A stretch of DNA of 63,142 bases, counting the filler, from Chiloscyllium plagiosum (taxonomy: Eukaryota): assembly GCF_004010195.1 (NCBI RefSeq). It is 4 parts of one record of this genome, joined end to end, with 100 filler letters (N's around TTAATTAATTAA, not from the genome) between each part and the next. Parts side by side here need not be neighbours in the genome. Positions count along the whole stretch, not along the records: positions 50,423 to 63,142 come from NC_057712.1; 3 more parts are not named here. The stretch is one strand, 5' to 3'. Under the pieces are notes generated by a model. The model was not told the origin of the DNA and made no database searches. It was given only the letters and a program-made list of their open reading frames with translations. The translations under genes and the position numbers were made by a program. Below are positions 59,861 through 63,142 of this stretch, in pieces (position 1 is the first letter of the stretch; each line of letters starts with the position of its first letter).

Positions 59861-61743
59861 GACTAAGTGGTCACAGGCAGGAGTCCAATACCTAGGCATT
59901 TTTATTACCCCCAAGTTTGATCTGTAATTTCGGACTAACTTTGCTCACTTGCTTGACAATCTTAGGCAGGATCTCCAGAGATGGGAGGCTCTTCCAATTT
60001 CATGGCTGGGCCGAATATCTCTCAATAAAATGAATGTTCTTCCTCGTTTGCTTTATTCCATGCGTATGCTTCCTATGATGTTTCCCAGGTCAACGCTGTG
60101 GAAGCTTATGGGATGGTTCCTTTGTCAGGCATCATGGGCGGCCCCTTCTAAATTGCAGTTGTCTCAAGGAGGGGGAGGAGTTGATTTCCCAGACATCAGA
60201 AGGTATCAGTTGAGTTCCCTGCTGTCCTTTGTCTGCGTTTGGGTAGGTAGCGATTTAAACTCAATATGGCTGGATATCGAGGCCTCCCAGGCAAAGTGTC
60301 CTCTTATTGACCTGTTGTTCATGGATAAGATGAGGACAGTTATGGACCACTGCCGGAACCCTATTGTCATTAGTACAGTCAAGAATGGAGGGCGATGCGT
60401 CAGAGTGAGAGTTGCTTATCCAAGACTTCGCTACTTACGTCTATAGTTGGCATGCCAGGTTTCCAACCAGGGTTGATGGACTCAGGGTTCAAACTAGGGG
60501 CAGCGAGAGGAATTTCTAGTTTGGGAGACTTATTTGAGGGGGAGGTTATGATGTCTTTTAAGCAACTGAGCCACAAATATGGGTTGCCCAGCACAGAGAT
60601 CTTTTCCGTTTTTTTCAGGTTAGGGATTTCATTCAGCAGAAGACTACGCTTATCACTAAGCCCTATTAGCCCGATACAGAGAGGTTGTTGCTATGTTCCA
60701 CAAGCATCCTTTTGGTTAGTGCCCTCTATCACCTGCTGGGTGGCAGGGTCTGGAAGGATATTAACTGGTTATGTGAGGTCTGGGAGCAAGAGCTAGGAGT
60801 GGAGATCTCTTCTGAAACATGGGAGAACATATGGGAGAATGCTCAAAAGATCGCAATCTGTAATAGAACATGCGCTACGCAATTAAAAGGTCTGCACGGG
60901 GTTCATCTGGCACCAGAACGTCTGGTGAAGTTTAAAAAAGGGGCATCTTCAGTATGCCCCAAATGTAAAGTAAGTGTTGGTACTCTTACCCATTGCTTCT
61001 GGACATGCCACAGGCTCCGTGTTTATTGGAGCGCTGTGGCGGAAGAGATGGGGAGGGTATTGAGGACTGAAGTCAAAGTAGACTGCATATCTCTCAAGTC
61101 TACCAAATTTGCCATCTGTAGACGCGCATGGAAAGAAACTATTTAATATTCTTGCATACTGTGCACGAAAGAATATTCTGGTGTCTGAGAACCTGCTGGC
61201 CTTGCTGGGATGGCAGAAATTAATCATGGTACACATTCCCTTAGACATTTTTACAAACATCATGCACCACACAACAGACTATTCTTATAAGACATGGCAG
61301 CCCTACTTGTGTTATTTGGATATAGATTTGCCAGTTATCTTAACTAGGGTGTTTGTTTAACCAGGATGGTTAGGTTTGTCGAGTCCTGGGCCCTGGAAGG
61401 GGTCTCCTGAGTTAATACAGGTATATATGCAATGCTCCCATTGCTTTGTTTGGGAGCTTTGCGCCAAGCATAGTTGTTCTGTATTCTGTGTCTTTTTTTA
61501 TTTTTCTTTCTTTTTTTTGATCCAGTAGTTATTTACTTCTTTATTGCTGTTGCTTTGCACAGTTAGGGTTTGTTTTGTATTATAGAGTAGGTTAGTAGTT
61601 AGTAGACAGTAGTTGTATTGTAATTTGTGCTTTTCTTTCTTTTTATTATATTGATTTTGTTATTGATTGTATTTTTCAATAATTTCATATGTTTGTAAAG
61701 TTAAAAATATTTGCTAATAAATATATTTACAAAAAGAGAGGGA

Positions 61744-63142
61744 AAAAGAGAGAGCTTTTGAACTTCAAAAACTGACACTTGAAAAGGAAAGTCAGCTTAA
61801 AAGACTGGAGATAAAGGCTGAGGGTAGGCTCAGTGAGGAAGTAGTGCGAACCCATGTGGAATAGCAGAGAGTTAAAACAGCAAGGTTAGCAGCTGAAGTG
61901 GCTGATGATTATGAGCTGATGCAAAAAACACAGTTTGGCTTCTCGAATCAATTTCAGTCCATGAGGGATAGAAACTGGGTCAAAAGAGAAATCCTCACGT
62001 GGAAAAGGGAAGGTAGATCTCGGTGACGATCCTAAGGATAATTCACCACAGGGTAAAAAATAAATCCTTGAGGGGGAAAAATAAGTTAAAAAGTTTCGTT
62101 GTTTTCATTGTAATAAAGTGGGCCACACAAAACCACAGTGTTGGTGGGCTAGGAGAAAGCCAGATATAGGAAATCCAGACAAGCATGGAAGTTTTCTTGG
62201 ACTAGTAACAAAAAGCGCAAGGGAAGTTAAACAACTGCCTCACAGTGTACAAGATGATCAGAGGTTGATTAAGGAGGCAGTGCCAGATCTGCTTAAAAAA
62301 TACACATGCAAGGGTAAAGTTTATTCACATAGGCCAGGAGTAGCAGGTAAAGAGGTTACAATATTAAGGGACACAGGATCCTCTCAGTCTACGATACTGA
62401 AGGATGAGGAGATATGTGGGAGGAGGGATTATTGCCAGAAAAGGTACTAGTAACAGGAATTCATGGTGAGACAAGAAGTGCTCAATTATGTAAAGTGAGG
62501 CTAGAGAGTGCAGAGAAGAGTGGAGAATTGGTAGTAGGAGAACTAGACAAACTCTCAGCTCCAGGAATACAATTTGTCCTTGCAAATGATAGAGCTGATT
62601 CACTGGTAGGTGTGCTGCCTACTCTAGTTGAGATGCAGGCAACTGAAGACATGGAGAATGTTTATCCAGAAATGTTCCCTGATTGTGTGATCACAAGATC
62701 ACAGAGGCACAAGCTGATGCAGGAGGGATCAAAAGGCACAAATAAGGAAGCTGACCTACTGTTATCCGAGACTCTTTTTGATTAGGTAAGTGGTACAAAG
62801 AAACAGCAAATGGTTAAACATGCAAGTATCTTTAGCTCTGCTAAGCTGATTGAATTACATCAAAAAAATGAAAATTTAAAACAATTATATCAAAAGGCAT
62901 TTACAGAGAAGGAAAGTGAATGCATTCCTGTGTGTTATTATTTAACAAATGATGTCTTAATGAGGAAATGGAGACCATCACACGTTCAAGCAGATGAGAA
63001 ATGGGCAGAGATTCATCAAATTGTTTTGTCAGTAGGGTATAGAAAGGAGGTGCTGTGAGTGGTGCTTGAGCTTCCACTTGGAGGTCATTTAGGAGTGAGG
63101 AAAACACAGGTTAAAATACAAAGACATTTTTACTGGCCTGGA
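61744..63142 (+). mobile_element. Gmr1-like retrotransposon internal region: gag C-terminus, zinc knuckle, aspartic protease, start of integrase; runs off the window
   Basis: VVRTHVE*QRVKTARLAAEVADDYEL; CFHCNKVGHTKPQC (62100-62141); ILRDTGSSQS (62370); LMRKWRP..QIVL..GGHLGVRKTQVKIQRHFYWPG. Confidence 0.88.

Larger units (their letters stand above)
54389..61733 (+). mobile_element. L1 LINE, both ends present but decayed and internally deleted or interrupted, with 10-bp TSD
   Basis: TSD aagagaggga at 54379-54388 and 61734-61743. 5' caagatggcgg. ORF1 remnant 54552-55272 (DNFENRG..NLQIVELPEG, RPRPVPVRFHSY, IMFFQDFS). ORF2 3' remnant 59860-61360 (QYLGIFIT, SWLGRISLNKMNVLPRLLY, CPKC..HCFWTC). AATAAA at 61716 then an A tail. 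Confidence 0.85.

Overview
Eukaryotic (vertebrate) genomic DNA. The repeat content (HE1-type V-SINEs, HER1/CR1 LINEs, SacSINE1-like Deu-SINEs, Penelope elements) points to a cartilaginous fish, probably a shark; this is an inference. Two spliced genes converge tail-to-tail. On the + strand are the last seven coding exons of SLC17A5/sialin (503-22654). On the - strand are four exons of a KCNQ5-type (Kv7.5) potassium channel covering S3 to the start of helix A (43183-34213). Almost all listed ORFs are transposon debris or noise. The rest of the window is nested retroelements: many CR1 LINEs, SINEs, a TA-inserted MITE, a tRNA-Asp pseudogene, and a Gmr1-like LTR retrotransposon whose gag is split by a TSD-flanked L1. 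Two things stand out. (1) At least seven short, TSD-flanked, mostly palindromic Penelope-derived insertions carry minimal type I hammerhead ribozyme cores (CUGANGA...GAAA..UH). (2) The KCNQ5-like gene has His in place of a conserved S4 arginine (MDHRGG), no detectable downstream exons, and a 109-codon open read-through after its last visible exon. Five assembly gaps, three with an artificial TTAATTAATTAA linker, limit long-range conclusions. Exon numbers follow the human orthologues from memory; repeat boundaries are approximate unless a TSD is given.
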